Shown here: piece after piece, positions 26,483 through 45,662 of the stretch
Position numbering within the stretch: position 1 is the first letter of the stretch
Layout: every line of letters starts with the position of its first letter
NCBI GenBank assembly: GCA_964016885.1
Contig: OZ024740.1
Span: forward strand, 126,728,001-126,792,000
From: Eledone cirrhosa
Taxonomy: Eukaryota
Direction of reading: 5' to 3'
Length of the DNA stretch: 64,000 bases
Translations under genes and position numbers: made by a program
The notes under the pieces: model-generated
The model's input: the letters and a program-made list of their open reading frames with translations, nothing else
Database searches by the model: none
What the model was told of the DNA's origin: nothing

Positions 26483-27136
26483 CAATATTCTATATGCAAA
26501 TTACACTGTTAGGAATACATTATATGTATTTATATCTTACTTACTTGAAGAAACTCGTCATGACTAAATTGATTTCAGTTATTAGGTGATTTCAGTTATT
26601 TAAAAGCTTTGAGGATTTTATGATTACATGATATAAATATTTCCTGTTTTTATCTAGTAATCTATCTATGGATTTCCTTATTTGGAACAGCCCTAAGAAC
26701 ATAATTGGCACTCCCTTCTTTGATTGACTCTAAAGCGTATCAAGATAAACATCTTACCCGTGGTCCTGTAATCCATACACAGAGAGTTTAAATATTCATT
26801 TCAGTAAGACTCATTAGTGAGACTAGTAACTCTGTTGTTACGGTTGTTTATATCAGATTCATCTGAATCTCCTCTGTAACAACACTTACTCTTCAGCCTT
26901 GATAAAAAGAGAAAACAAATATGCGTTTGACAAAGTGAAGTCTTTGCTCAATGCGCGTTTATATTGAGTAATTTGAAAGTTTGTAGAACATCTGGAGTTA
27001 ATTAAATGTTTACCGTCCACTCGCTACGTAGTTATGTTATTCACTACGACTAATTAGAATATAAGCTTAGTTTGTCGTTATGTCAAATTGACATATTTAC
27101 AACAGACGCGTTTCAAAATTACAATGTCGTTGTGTG

Positions 27137-27177
<41 letters not shown>

Positions 27178-27343
27178 GAAGGAAATGTGGTAAGGAACCA
27201 GATGGACCATAACGCACCAAAGTACTCAATACTTAGGGTAGTAGAGTGGGTAATAGGAACGAGTAGGACCCCGACGGCTAATTCTGGAGTCCAGATTTAG
27301 CCGTCGAAACGGCTTGAGCTCAGCCGTCGGGTTCCTATTCGTT

Positions 27344-27397
<54 letters not shown>

Positions 27398-27825
27398 ACA
27401 TACGCGTTTCAAAATTACAATGTCGCTGTGTGTATATAATATATATATATATATATGGGGGGGGGGTATGTGTGTGTGTGTCTGTTTGTATATATTTTTA
27501 AAAAGTAAAAAAAGGAAGGAATATCTCCACTTGTAGTTGGTATTCTAGAATATATATTTCACACACAATTTCCTTTATATATATTTCAAGAATTTGGAGC
27601 TAAACGTATAGATTGTTTGGGTTAATTCCTAAGACATCTTACTGATGAATTGTAATTCTATCTACGGAAGAAGTATTGAGTAACATAAATAAAATGTTAA
27701 TGCTAAATATTTATCCCAGGCTGGAAGATAATAGTGCATGGGGATTAAGGATGGATTAATATTTCTAATTTGCATATTGCGTTTCATTTTTCACATATAT
27801 ATATATACATATACATATATACATT

Positions 27826-27858
<33 letters not shown>

Positions 27859-27900
27859 GTATACATATATATATGACTTTGACACACACACAAACACACA

Positions 27901-27929
<29 letters not shown>

Positions 27930-27934
<5 letters not shown>

Positions 27935-28162
27935 TACAGGAAAAAAGAGTGCTCTATATATGTTACAGAGCTTATTAGTTATGTAAAAACAGCATAAGAT
28001 AATTATTTCATTTACCAGTGGTTTCTTGAAAGCATATATATATCTGCTTTCAGTCGTCAGAATGAATAAAACATGGTGTTTTTATTAAATTTGTATTCGA
28101 AAACAAAATATAAGAAATATGAAAGTGAGGCTGAGGAAACAACGAGCAAAGAAGAAAAGGGA

Positions 28163-28165
<3 letters not shown>
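27930..28165 (-). mobile_element. Solo PLE pLTR fragment (family E) with hammerhead at 28007-28066
   Basis: Matches 41000-41230; minus strand TTCATT CTGACGA CTGAAAGC..GCTTTCAA GAAA CCACTGG TA AATGAA. Confidence 0.82.
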
Positions 28166-28195
<30 letters not shown>

Positions 28196-28229
28196 TAATT
28201 ATATATATATATATATATATATACATATA

Positions 28230-28315
<86 letters not shown>

Positions 28316-28331
28316 TATATGTATATATAAT

Positions 28332-28365
<34 letters not shown>

Positions 28366-28372
28366 TATGAAA

Positions 28373-28982
28373 TATATGAAATATAAGAATCAAAGAACTG
28401 TTCAAAACATTATTGTGCTTACAGCTGTTTCCTCCAAACCGAGGTTTGGATTCTTCGGAGCAATTTATTAATGCATGGACAGTTATATGACCTCCTTTTC
28501 AGCCGAGAGACATACCAATACATATTCAAACATTGATACATATTCAAACATTGTGGGTCAACATTCATTACAGAATTTAGAGTGGCAGTACACACTTCGA
28601 GATTACATTTATATTAATAGGTACAATCAAAAATCAAAGATATAGGTTAAAGTACAACATGAAGATAAGTGGTTATATATAACCACTTATCTTCATGTTG
28701 TACTTTAACCTATATCTTTGATTTTTGATTGTACCTATTAATATAAATGTAATCTCGAAGTGTGTACTGCCACTCTAAATTCTGTAATGAATGTTGACCC
28801 ACAATGTTTGAATATGTATCAATGTTTGAATATGTATTGGTATGTCTCTCGGCTGAAAAGGAGGTCATATAACTGTCCATGCATTAATAAATTGCTCCGA
28901 AGAATCCAAACCTCGGTTTGGAGGAAACAGCTGTAAGCACAATAATGTTTTGAACAGTTCTTTGATTCTTATATTTCATATA
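28373..28982. repeat. ~610-bp palindrome with no spacer, centred at 28677/28678, one hammerhead per arm
   Basis: GGTT ATATAT AACC centre; no mismatch noticed by eye. Confidence 0.93.
28893..28939 (+). ncRNA. Type I hammerhead, U4C variant (family F); mirror copy 28416-28462 (-)
   Basis: TGCT CCGAAGA ATCCAAACC tc GGTTTGGAG GAAA CAGCTG TA AGCA; palindromic ACAGCTGT. Confidence 0.75.
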
Positions 28983-29140
28983 ACTGCTCTGTAAATCATC
29001 TGATGTTTTTACATTGAGCTACTTAACTTACTGGTAATAAGGTAGTAATACATTACTGCCTACCCCTATTTAGGGTGTGTGTAAAATACTTACAACTGCT
29101 TAAGGTTTTGTGTTTACATAACCATAAATAGTATAACTAA

Positions 29141-29241
<101 letters not shown>

Positions 29242-30101
29242 TATATATATACATATATATATAAAAATAAATAAAAACAAACAATCATACACACACTCAA
29301 CCATGCGCATATACTTAAAAAGTACGAAGACATAAGCTGTCACATAAGCGTATATGTATCAACCGACATGGACAAAATGCATACACATACATATACATGA
29401 AGTAATAAGAATAAATAAATAAATGAATAAGAACAAAAAATATTCAAATTCAAAAATAAAATAAAATAAAATAGACAGAGGATGCGCGTTGACAACGATA
29501 AGAGAGGAGAGGTGGTAGAAATATAAAAATAAACAAATACACGAAGTGTGCAATTACATAAAAATAGAGATACACAAAATTAAAAAAAAAATATATATAT
29601 ATAAATATAATTCAGCGAGAATCGTATTTCGGCTGGTAGAAAAAGCGAAACGAAACGCAAAGTCGTAGAAATGCTGGCAAGCGCTAAATAGTTAAAAAAA
29701 CCAGAGCTAAACAATATGTTAAAACGCCATACAAACTGAAAAGTCTTTAAGAAGGCATTAAACACCTAAGCCAAAAAACAAATCAAGCTAAACAGGTAAA
29801 ACAAAATAAATGATAAAAACCTGGACCCAAATGGAACTGGTGGTAAAATCCAAATGCAGGGTTTCTATGACACCTACATCAATAATACTGTCTGCTTAAA
29901 ACTATAAGCTTCCAGCATAAAGATCGAACAAGGAATATCACGTTATCAACTGGTAATTCTGCTCTGTAACCAACTTTGCGAGTGACGCCGAACACAATAA
30001 ACGCACATGCGCAAGTGACAAGGGGAAATTCCCCATATTTTGGCAAAGGAATGTAGTATGTGTATATCATACAAAAAATTACATAGATAGCACAAATATT
30101 C

Positions 30102-30180
<79 letters not shown>

Positions 30181-30698
30181 TGTGTGTGTATGTGTATGTA
30201 TATGCTTATTTTGAATACAGTGATTTAATGCTAATTTTCATTGATTATTTGCTCCAGGAACTTGTTGAATGCTCTAAATCAGCTATAAAGATGTATACCC
30301 TTATCTATTTATTTATTTATATTTGTCTCATTTCCAACTATTTGTTTACTCCTTTCACCTTTTTATTTTTATATATATATAATATTTATGTATTTTCTAA
30401 TCTAATATATATTTGTGAAATGGGTGGTGGCTGAAATTCAGATGTGCACTGTTAAACGGTAGTAGACGTCGTCAGACTGACATGAACTTTTACACACCTG
30501 TGTACAAAGTGCTGAGAAAGCAAATAGACGAGGTTTCAAATCTCTAACTTGAAAAATGTGGTCACGACGGGAGCCCCAAAACTTTCGCGTTCGGTGAGTT
30601 AGTTTCCCCTGTTCTAATAATTCAGTCTTATTTACAATTTCATACAAATAAGGCAGTAAATAAAGGATTATGAGTTCATACAATTGACTTATGTTTCG

Positions 30699-30746
<48 letters not shown>

Positions 30747-31168
30747 ATGAAAACGCTTTAATAAAAAAAAAATCAACTGTAATGTATGTATGCATGTACT
30801 TATGTGTTTATATGAGCGGAGATATGCAAGTAAATCTTACTTTGTGGACAGCTTATCCTTAGCATAATATTCATGCTAGAACAGCATATATTCGAAAGTT
30901 TTCAGGGAGTTGAATTACTGATTTTGGATCGGCAGCTTTAGCTTTGAAAAAATGAAATGTGCAGTGTAAACATTTTTTATTATTCCTCCGAGGATGAATC
31001 TTCTCTGCATTTTTCCATCTCTTTCTTTCTCTCTGGAAGAAATCAGCCGTAGTAAGACCTAAAACAATGGTTAGATACACCATGACGCACCGTGCATCAC
31101 GGTGGAGTTGAAAAGCAGACTCAGAACATGACGTTGTGTGGGGTGGCTCGCAGCCAAATGTTCCATGG

Positions 31169-31265
31169 GAAGAAGAAGAAGAAGAAGAAGAAGAAGAAGA
31201 AGAAGAAGAAGAAGAAGAAGAAGAAGAAGAAGAAGAAGAAGAAGAAGAAGAAGAAGAAGAAGAAG

Positions 31266-31294
<29 letters not shown>
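31169..31294. repeat. (GAA)n trinucleotide repeat, about 42 units
   Basis: Direct reading. Confidence 0.97.
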
Positions 31295-31296
<2 letters not shown>

Positions 31297-32049
31297 GAGC
31301 TGGAGTCCTATCAAATATGTAGGGTGGTGTCTTAAATTGAAGGTTTAGTAGAAACAATTCATGTATAGTTTTGTACTTTTCTTTTTGTAATTCATATATA
31401 AAGAAATCTACTATATAAATTGAAAGTGGTCGGATAAACGTCGAAACGGCTTGGTGGAATGCAGCGAAAATGTACACACTTATGCAGAATGACTCGAGGA
31501 TTCGTTGGCTCGACGTTCAAGCTACAACTTCCATGGTTACGGAGAAAATCGATGAATCAGGAATTTCCCATTCAAATTGAACTGAGAGTAATCTGTGAAC
31601 GCAGAAATAATTATTTCGAGAAACGTTGCAACCGAACGAAAACAGGAAGACGATATTTTGGTTCGTGAAGCTGTTCCCTGGCAATGAACGGGATAAAAGC
31701 GAGGATAATATGTCGTTATGTGGACGTGAAGAACAATTTCATGCAAAGACAAGACCAATTTTATTGTATAAATGGAGTCGTTAAACTGATATTCAATTTA
31801 AAATAACAGAATGATTTCCAGCCCCGGAGTTTAAGAATGATGTAAATAAAATTGAAAACGAAAATGACAGAGGTTATTAAAATAGTAAAAGTAAATAGTG
31901 AAGATTTAGGCCAGTACATACGTATGCCCCGACGGACATACACATGCATACGCACACACAAATACATACCCCCCCCCCCACACACACACACACGCAAACA
32001 CACAGTAACACACACACACACGAACGCACGAGCGTATGTATAACAATTA

Positions 32050-32480
32050 TGCATTTCTACAGTATTTTAACCAAACTTAAGAAATAGGTTACTTATGTAC
32101 TCCGGATGGTCATAGGCACTGTCATTTTTCCAGATATTGATTATAGGGCCCCCCGGCATATAACCCCTTTAGCCACTTTAACCACTTCCTTGGAATCGAC
32201 TGAAGCACTGCAGTACAATGCAAAAAAACGTCATAATTTCTGGAGTTCTCAACCGATTTTCACAAAAATTGACACATGAGCTACGTTTGTCCCACAGATG
32301 AATGTGAACTCTCAGAATTGGCACATATTGGGTAGAGGAACCCTGGGGGCAGGAACCCCCTATTGGAAAAAGCCGATGATTTTGTAAAAGTATAGTTTTC
32401 GAAGCAGCACTGAAGTATTGACATAAATGGTATACGCAATTGCTGTTTAATATCCGAGCAACGCCGGGTACCTCTGCTAG
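32050..32480 (+). mobile_element. Helitron 3' fragment (5' limit uncertain)
   Basis: TCCGAGCAACGCCGGG hairpin followed by CTAG|T at 32477-32481; same terminus as at 7272. Confidence 0.72.
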
Positions 32481-32538
<58 letters not shown>

Positions 32539-32560
32539 TGTATATGTATATATAAATATA

Positions 32561-32623
<63 letters not shown>

Positions 32624-32627
<4 letters not shown>

Positions 32628-33564
32628 TGCTGACGATAGCGATTAAGCTTGAAACTAGTACAGCGTTCCTTTGTCAGTGTTGAACAAACGAGCAACGATG
32701 GTTGCTGGACACTACGGCTTAATACGGGATGTTTGTTTACGTACAGTAGTATGTATATACATACATGCACACATATTTATATGTACGTATGGATTTACCG
32801 AACATTTATTATAATGCCCGGTGTGTTTGTAAATAAACATCCCGTATTAAGCCGTAGTGTCCAGCAACAATCGTTGCTCGTTTGTTCAACACTGACAAAG
32901 GAACGCTGTACTAGTTTCAAGCTTAATTGCTATCGTCAGCAACGTATACCTTCTGGCCAGATTGTTGAACGTATATACTTACCTTATGCATATTAACGGC
33001 TGAGTAGCCCAATTTGCATATCGAGTGGGTTTATCGGCCGGGTGTACCGAAAACAATAAACGGAAAATTTGAAACGAAATTTCATTTCCCACTCTTAGTA
33101 CGGCTGTTACTTAAATATAAGAAATGAAATTTCTTTTCAAATTTTCCGTTTATCGTTTTCGGTGCACCCGGCCGATTAACCCACTCGATATGCAAATTGG
33201 GCTACTCAGCCGTTAATATGCATCAGGTAAGTATATAAGTTCAACAATCTGGCAGGAAGCTATACGTTGCTGACGATAGCTAATAAGCTTGAAACTAGTA
33301 CAGCGTTCCTTTGTCAGTGTTGAACAAACGAGCAACGATGGTTGCTGGACACTACGGCTTAATACGGGATTTTTGTTTACAAACACACCGGGCATTATAA
33401 TAAATGTTCTGTAAATCCATACGTACATATATATATGTGTGTATGTATGTATATATATAGATATACATACTACATGTATGCAAGTATGTATGTACGTGTA
33501 CATACTTATATTTAAGTAACAGCCGTACTAAGAGTGGGAAATGAAATTTCTTTTCAAATTTTCC

Positions 33565-33570
<6 letters not shown>
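32624..33570. repeat. Double fold-back array of a ~420-nt non-coding hammerhead-bearing unit (family G)
   Basis: Sense 32624-32740, antisense ~32745-33120, sense 33121-33570; hammerheads at 32627-32663 (+), 32903-32945 (-), 33264-33306 (+). Confidence 0.9.
33264..33306 (+). ncRNA. Minimal type I hammerhead, canonical core (family G)
   Basis: ACGTTG CTGACGA TAGCT aata AGCTT GAAA CTAG TA CAGCGT; palindromic ACTAGT. Confidence 0.85.
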
Positions 33571-33656
<86 letters not shown>

Positions 33657-33751
33657 CAGAGTTAAACAAGATTCAATGAATACATCTAAGAATGAGTTTT
33701 ACACACATACATGTGTGTGTATGTATTCATATGTATGTGTGTGTGTATATG

Positions 33752-33792
<41 letters not shown>

Positions 33793-34185
33793 GTATATAT
33801 ATGTGTATGTATGTGTGTGTGTATATGTATATGTGTGTGTATCTGTGTGTGTGTATTTATTTATATGTATCCATGTGTGTGTGTAATTGTGTGTATTGCT
33901 TACCACGTGTGTTTGTTCATTTATTTGTTTCCTGTATCGCTGTCATCTTTATAATAATTTTTACATTTATTTTGATTCTAATGTGACGCCCTCTATGGTC
34001 GTCTCTTGTTTTTTTAATTTTTATTATTATATGTTTTTACTTATAATTAAATGTGTGTGTGCGTATGTAGGTGTGTGTAAATATATCTATAATTGTGTGT
34101 GCGTATGTATGCGTGTATATACGTGTGTATGTATGTGTGTGTATGTACGTGTATATATATGAATGATTATGCGTGTATATATATA

Positions 34186-34248
<63 letters not shown>

Positions 34249-34369
34249 GTGTGTGTGTGTGTGTTTGTGTATTTGTGTGTATGTGTATGTATGGCTATGT
34301 GGATGTATATGTGTGTATGTATGAATATGTATATGTATGTGTATTCGTACGTGTATGTATATGTGTATG

Positions 34370-34452
<83 letters not shown>

Positions 34453-34539
34453 ATATGTATGTATATATATATATGTGTATTCTATATGTGTGTGTATGTA
34501 TATATATATATGCGTGTGTGTGTGTGTGTGTGTGTGTGT

Positions 34540-34740
34540 GCTTGTGTGCTTATTTGTCCTTTCCTTCTTCCTTTTCCAGCCTCACTTTCATATAGATTAT
34601 ATTTTTGTTTTTAAAATCCAATGTCAATAAATACACCAGCATTTTTTAATTCTGATGTTGAAAGCAAAATGTGTTTGTTTGCTTTCAAGAAACCACTGGT
34701 AAACTAAATAATTGCCTTATGTTGTTTATTACATAACTAT
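34540..34740 (+). mobile_element. Family E pLTR fragment with degenerate hammerhead (~34648-34705)
   Basis: CCAGCCTCACTTTCATAT..CTGATG-TTGAAAGCAAA..TTTGCTTTCAA GAAA CCACTGGTA; A9 missing. Confidence 0.7.
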
Positions 34741-34755
34741 ATATATATATATATA

Positions 34756-35492
34756 TAAACGGAAAAAATGAAACGAAATTTCATTTCCCACTCTCAGTGC
34801 GGCTGTCACTTAAATATAAGTACGTATACGTACATACATATATGTATACAGATGCACAGCAGTATGTATATATATATACATACATGCACACACACACATA
34901 TATGTACGTATGGTTTCACCGATAATTTATTATAATGCTCGGTGTGTTTGTAAACAAACATCCCATATTAAGCCGTAGTGTCTAGCAACCATCGTTGCTC
35001 GTTTATTCAACACTGACAGAGGAACGCTGCACTAGGTTCAATCTTATTAGCTATCGTCAGCAACGTATACCTTCCTGCCAGATGATTGAACATCTGAAAG
35101 TATATACTTTCCTTATGCATATCAACGGCTGAGCAGCCCAATTTGCATATCGAGTGGGTTAATCGGCCGGGTGCACCGAAAACGATAAACGGAAAAAATG
35201 AAACGAAATTTCATTTCCCACTCTTAGTACGGCTGTTACTTAAATATAAGTATGTATACGTACATACATATATGTATACAGACGCACAGCAGGATGTATA
35301 TATATATATACATACATGCACACACACATATATGTACGTATGGATTCACCGAACATTTATTATAATGCTTGGTGTGTTTGTAAACAAACATCCCGTATTA
35401 AGCCGTAGTGTCTAGCAACCATCGTTGCTCGTTTGTTCAACACTGACAAAGGAACGCTGTACTAGTTTCAAGCTTATTGGCTATCGTCAGCA
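34756..35492 (-). repeat. Tandem 430-bp family G units (1.7 copies), hammerheads at ~35024-35066 (damaged) and ~35454-35492
   Basis: TAAACGGAAAAAATGAAACG at 34756 and 35186. Confidence 0.9.
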
Positions 35493-35514
35493 TGTGCATG
35501 TATGTATATATATA

Positions 35515-37772
<2,258 letters not shown>

Positions 37773-37779
37773 TAATATA

Positions 37780-41315
<3,536 letters not shown>

Positions 41316-41689
41316 GAATATATATATATATATATATATAAAGAAAAAGAGATGAAATCGAAAATGCAACTGGAGTCTTATTTGTTTTTTAAATATATAT
41401 ATTTATTTGGTTCCTTTACCGGTTTCGCAGTTCTTCTGCTTTTCAAAAGGTGAGTTGAGATGGAGGGTCTGTCGTTTTTCTCACATCTGGTTGGTCTCTG
41501 AATGCTACTTGTTTTATATGGAAAATCACCTTTTAAAAAAATAAGACTCCAGTTGCATTTTCGATTTCATCTCTTTTTCTTTATACTTTCACTCGTGTAG
41601 GACACCTCGGTTATTTTTCATTTTATAAAAAAAACCTCACTTTCTAATATATACCCACCACACGAAGACCGAAAATGCCACCAAAGTCT

Positions 41690-42877
41690 CAATAAAACAA
41701 CAACTCACTGAACCAGGACATCTTAAATGAACTCAAAGAGATTTTCTCTAAACTCTCAATTTTGACCAACAAAGTGGACCAAATACACATCTATAAAAAA
41801 GGACCCCACGAAGAAACAGAAAATACCCAAGAGACGAATATTACTCCAGTATTAACTAAGCTAATCGAAACCATTGAAACAGCAATGCTCGAAAAGCTGG
41901 AACAACCGTTAGAACCCAATCTACGAGATGTCCACTCAGTGAAAAACACCCTAATCAACATATGGACTCAAAAGCTCACAGCCCGCAAATTCGCCCTTTG
42001 GAATCTCCTAAAAAATAATGGCAAGGCAGACATATATGAAAAGTGACTAAACTCTACTCCAATCATCCTCCCCAAAAAACTCCAAATAAAACCCATCCCG
42101 AATGAACCAGAAAACCAACAAAGACTTAGGGAAAAGATGGCATTGGAAAAATTTAAAACAGAAATAGAACTGTTGCGATTAAGAGCCAACTCCAACGAAG
42201 AAAAATTCAAGTCACTCGACCAACAGATGGACACAGAAATCTCAAAGCACTCTGAAGGCCTACTCTACAAAAAAAACCTAAAACTTTGGAAAGAAAACTG
42301 TGAGGATGAAGAACTAACATCCCTCCATCGATGGGAAAAAAACGCCACCTGGTTCAACAACTACGAAATGGACTTCAAAAATGAACAACATACAGGTAAC
42401 CCATTTTTAAAACAAACTAAAACTCACACACCACATGCACAACAAATAACAAAAAAAGTAACAAAACGTCCAACATACCCCCAGCCAAACTATAACGATA
42501 ATCCCAGAAACCATAGACAAAACTATAACCCTACTAACAAAAACCAAAGATCCCCGAACACAAGGCAGGACCTGATCCGCAGATCACAACCCACACAAAA
42601 CCTATTCCAAAACCGTAGATCCCTTCCCACACAGAGCCTGTTCCAAAACCGTAGATCCCAACCCACACAAAGGAACCAAATCTACAACCCGGACTATCAA
42701 CAAACCGAACCTCAATACGTCCGAAACTTCTATACAAGACCACACAACAACAGGGGAAATACCATTAGATATAATAATACCAATGAAAAAACATTCCAGA
42801 AAAATCATTTTTTAGACCAAGGCTACAGGACTCACGACACCAGGTGGCACAAACCGATTTTGAAAAACCGAAAATAA
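41690..42877 (+). pseudogene. ORF1-like N-terminal region of the PLE (helical, then low-complexity N/Q/R-rich), one in-frame TGA at 42044
   Basis: ORFs 41762..42046 and 42137..42877 are in the same frame; start codon uncertain. Confidence 0.7.
42808..42814 (+). promoter_or_regulatory. Candidate -1 programmed ribosomal frameshift heptamer T TTT TTA
   Basis: In phase with ORF1 codons (CAT TTT TTA); the -1 frame is the RT frame, open from 42787. Confidence 0.65.
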
Positions 42878-45112
42878 TTAACATTTCAAATACAAACCTC
42901 TCAGCCCAACAAGTAAAAATTCTCTCCAAAGGTCTGAAATTCACACCAACACCACAATACCCTAACCCCAACGAGATAAATGACGATATCTCACACTTCT
43001 GTAGAAAATTACGTCTCACAGAGGAATTCTTTGACAAGGAGAATAACGACGAATCAATTGTACGGAATAAAAGCAGCTGCAACCCAACAAAAGGTAGAAA
43101 CAGAGTTCTGGACAAATTTTGTGACCACATAGCTACCTTCCCATACCATGAACTACCGCAACCTAAACCCAAACCCAACACAAGTCGAAGGGAATGGGAG
43201 ATTATCCATGAACTAAAAAACAATACGGACATTATAATTAAGGAAGCGGACAAGGGAAGTACTGTTGTCATTATGGAGGCTGAAAAATATAAAAATTCTA
43301 TGTTCTCTCTCTTACAAAATACTAATTACTATGAAAGAGTAAAAAACTACCAGCAATCAAAAATAATGACCAAATTAAACACAATGATTTATCGATGCCA
43401 GGAAGACCTAACTAAAAAGGAACGCGATTATTTAACAAATTTTGAATACAAAACCAGCAACCTTTACGGACTTCCGAAGATCCACAAGTGTAAAATAATC
43501 AACGATGCCTGTAAACAATCCACCTCAGCCTGCGTGAACATACAATACCCCACAGACCTTAAATTAAGACCAATTGTAGCGGGCCCACAATGTGAAACAC
43601 ACAGATTGAGCAACTTTATAGACATACTACTGAAACCAATACTGAAACACATACCAAGCCTTGTAAGAGACGATCTGGACCTCTTAAACCACCTCCCCAA
43701 ACATGTCAACAACGACACTATTATTGTGTCTTTCGATGTAGTGAATCTCTACACAACGATCCCACACCAATACGTACTAGAAGCAATAGCATTCTGGCTA
43801 GAGAAATATCCCAATGAGATACCTGACAGAATAGAAAAAAGCTTCATCACCGAGGGATTAAAATTCATCCTACAGAACAACTTTTTTGATTTCGATGGCA
43901 ATACTTACAAGCAAATATCGGGGACTGCGATGGGTACAAAAGCCGCTCCAACTTATGCCAACTTAGTCATGGCATACTTAGAAGTCCAGATATATGAACA
44001 GTCCAAATCAAAATACGGATTGAACTTCCACAAATATTTATCAGAGAATTGGAAACGCTACTTGGATGATTGCCTCATTCTTTGGTCCCACACACTCGAC
44101 CAACTGAAGGATTTCAAAAACTTAATAAACGGCATCAATAACCACATCCAATTCACAATGGAATACAGCCAAGATCAACTCCCATTTCTGGACATCTTAA
44201 TCTTAAAAAAAGACACAAATATCGAAACTGTCATACACTACGAACCAACAGATTCCAAACAGTATCTGCTATTCACCTCCAACCATCCAAAACACACGAA
44301 GACGAACATTCCTTTTAACCTAGCAAGAAGAATTTGCACAATTGTCTCCAATTATGAAACGCGAAATAAAAGACTTCAAGAATTAAAGGAAATTCTACTC
44401 GAGAGAGAGTACCCACTATTACTAATAAATAATGGAATAGAAAGGGCTAAAGCAATAGGCATTGATGAATTACGGAAACAGAAACAAATTCAAGGTACGT
44501 CCAATATTCTATCATATATCTCAACACAACCCAAGAAATGCGGAAGCTTACAACACTATTCACAATAACATACCACTACTAAAACAAAACCCAAGAATGA
44601 AAAAAGCCCTTGAAACAAACAAAATAATCAAAAGCAAAAGACAACCAAAATCACTGAAAAAATTACTCACCAATGCCAAATTACCTACCACAAACCTACA
44701 ACCAAGTATCAAAAAAGGTGGTCGCTCTAATTGTGGGACCTGCACTCACCTCATTGAAGGCAACACGTATACATTTAAATCAGGACAAAATTTTACTGTA
44801 AAAAATCACTTCACTTGCTCATCAAAAAATCTACTTTATGCCATTAAATGTAAAGGATGCAATGAAGATTATATAGGACAAACTATACTCACACTAAGAA
44901 ACAGAATGACAGTTCATCGCCAACAATTACGAGATCCAACCACGAGACAGATACCACTAAGTGCACATCTAGACATTTGCGCAAGTAATAAGACATCCAA
45001 ATTCCAAGTCTTCCCATTTTACCTTTGCGCTAACAATACAACAGAACAAATGCGAATAAATAAGGAAAATATGTTTATTCAAAAATATAGACCAACATTA
45101 AATATGGTTTAA
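42811..45112 (+). pseudogene. PLE RT + Cys-rich linker + GIY-YIG endonuclease, one frameshift near 44525
   Basis: LSKGLKFTP, IKEADKG, LYGLPKIHK, LRPIV, SFDVVNLYT, GTAMGT, RYLDD, PFLD, SNHP, (C)GRSNCGTC, LLY..YIG. Confidence 0.93.
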
Positions 45113-45595
45113 TATACATTATGTCAACATCATAATATGACATACACACACACACATAACACCTTCTACTTTAGAAAATAAAAACCCGAACTAAATAAAC
45201 CTTAACATACGTTTGCACTGACAATACAACAGCAAACACGAATAAGTAAGGAAAATATGTTCATTCAAAAATATTCCTACTAAAGGAATCACTTTCCTAC
45301 ACACACACATACACACACACTCAATATATATATATATATATATTCTCTTCATCTTAACATGCTAACCATACTCCCACACACATAACACCCATACACACAC
45401 ATAACAACCCCCACACCTACAACTCCCTCCCCATTTCTACTAATAGAACCACTTTCCTACACACATATATATACACACACACAAAATATATATTCCCTCC
45501 ATCTTAACATACTCGCACACACACACATAACACCCATATACACACACACACATCACCCTCCCCCATCTCTACTAATAGAATCATCTTCCAATACA

Positions 45596-45662
<67 letters not shown>

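Noticed and set aside
25940-27790. ~190-bp diverged direct repeat (25940-26130 and 27588-27790) as LTRs
   Set aside because: No TG..CA ends, primer-binding site or gag/pol between; likely a dispersed repeat or old duplication
42044-42046. In-frame TGA as possible selenocysteine or readthrough
   Set aside because: Context EK*LNS fits a TGG-to-TGA nonsense change; the Cys motifs in the translated PLE endonuclease ORFs use ordinary Cys codons and no SECIS was recognised
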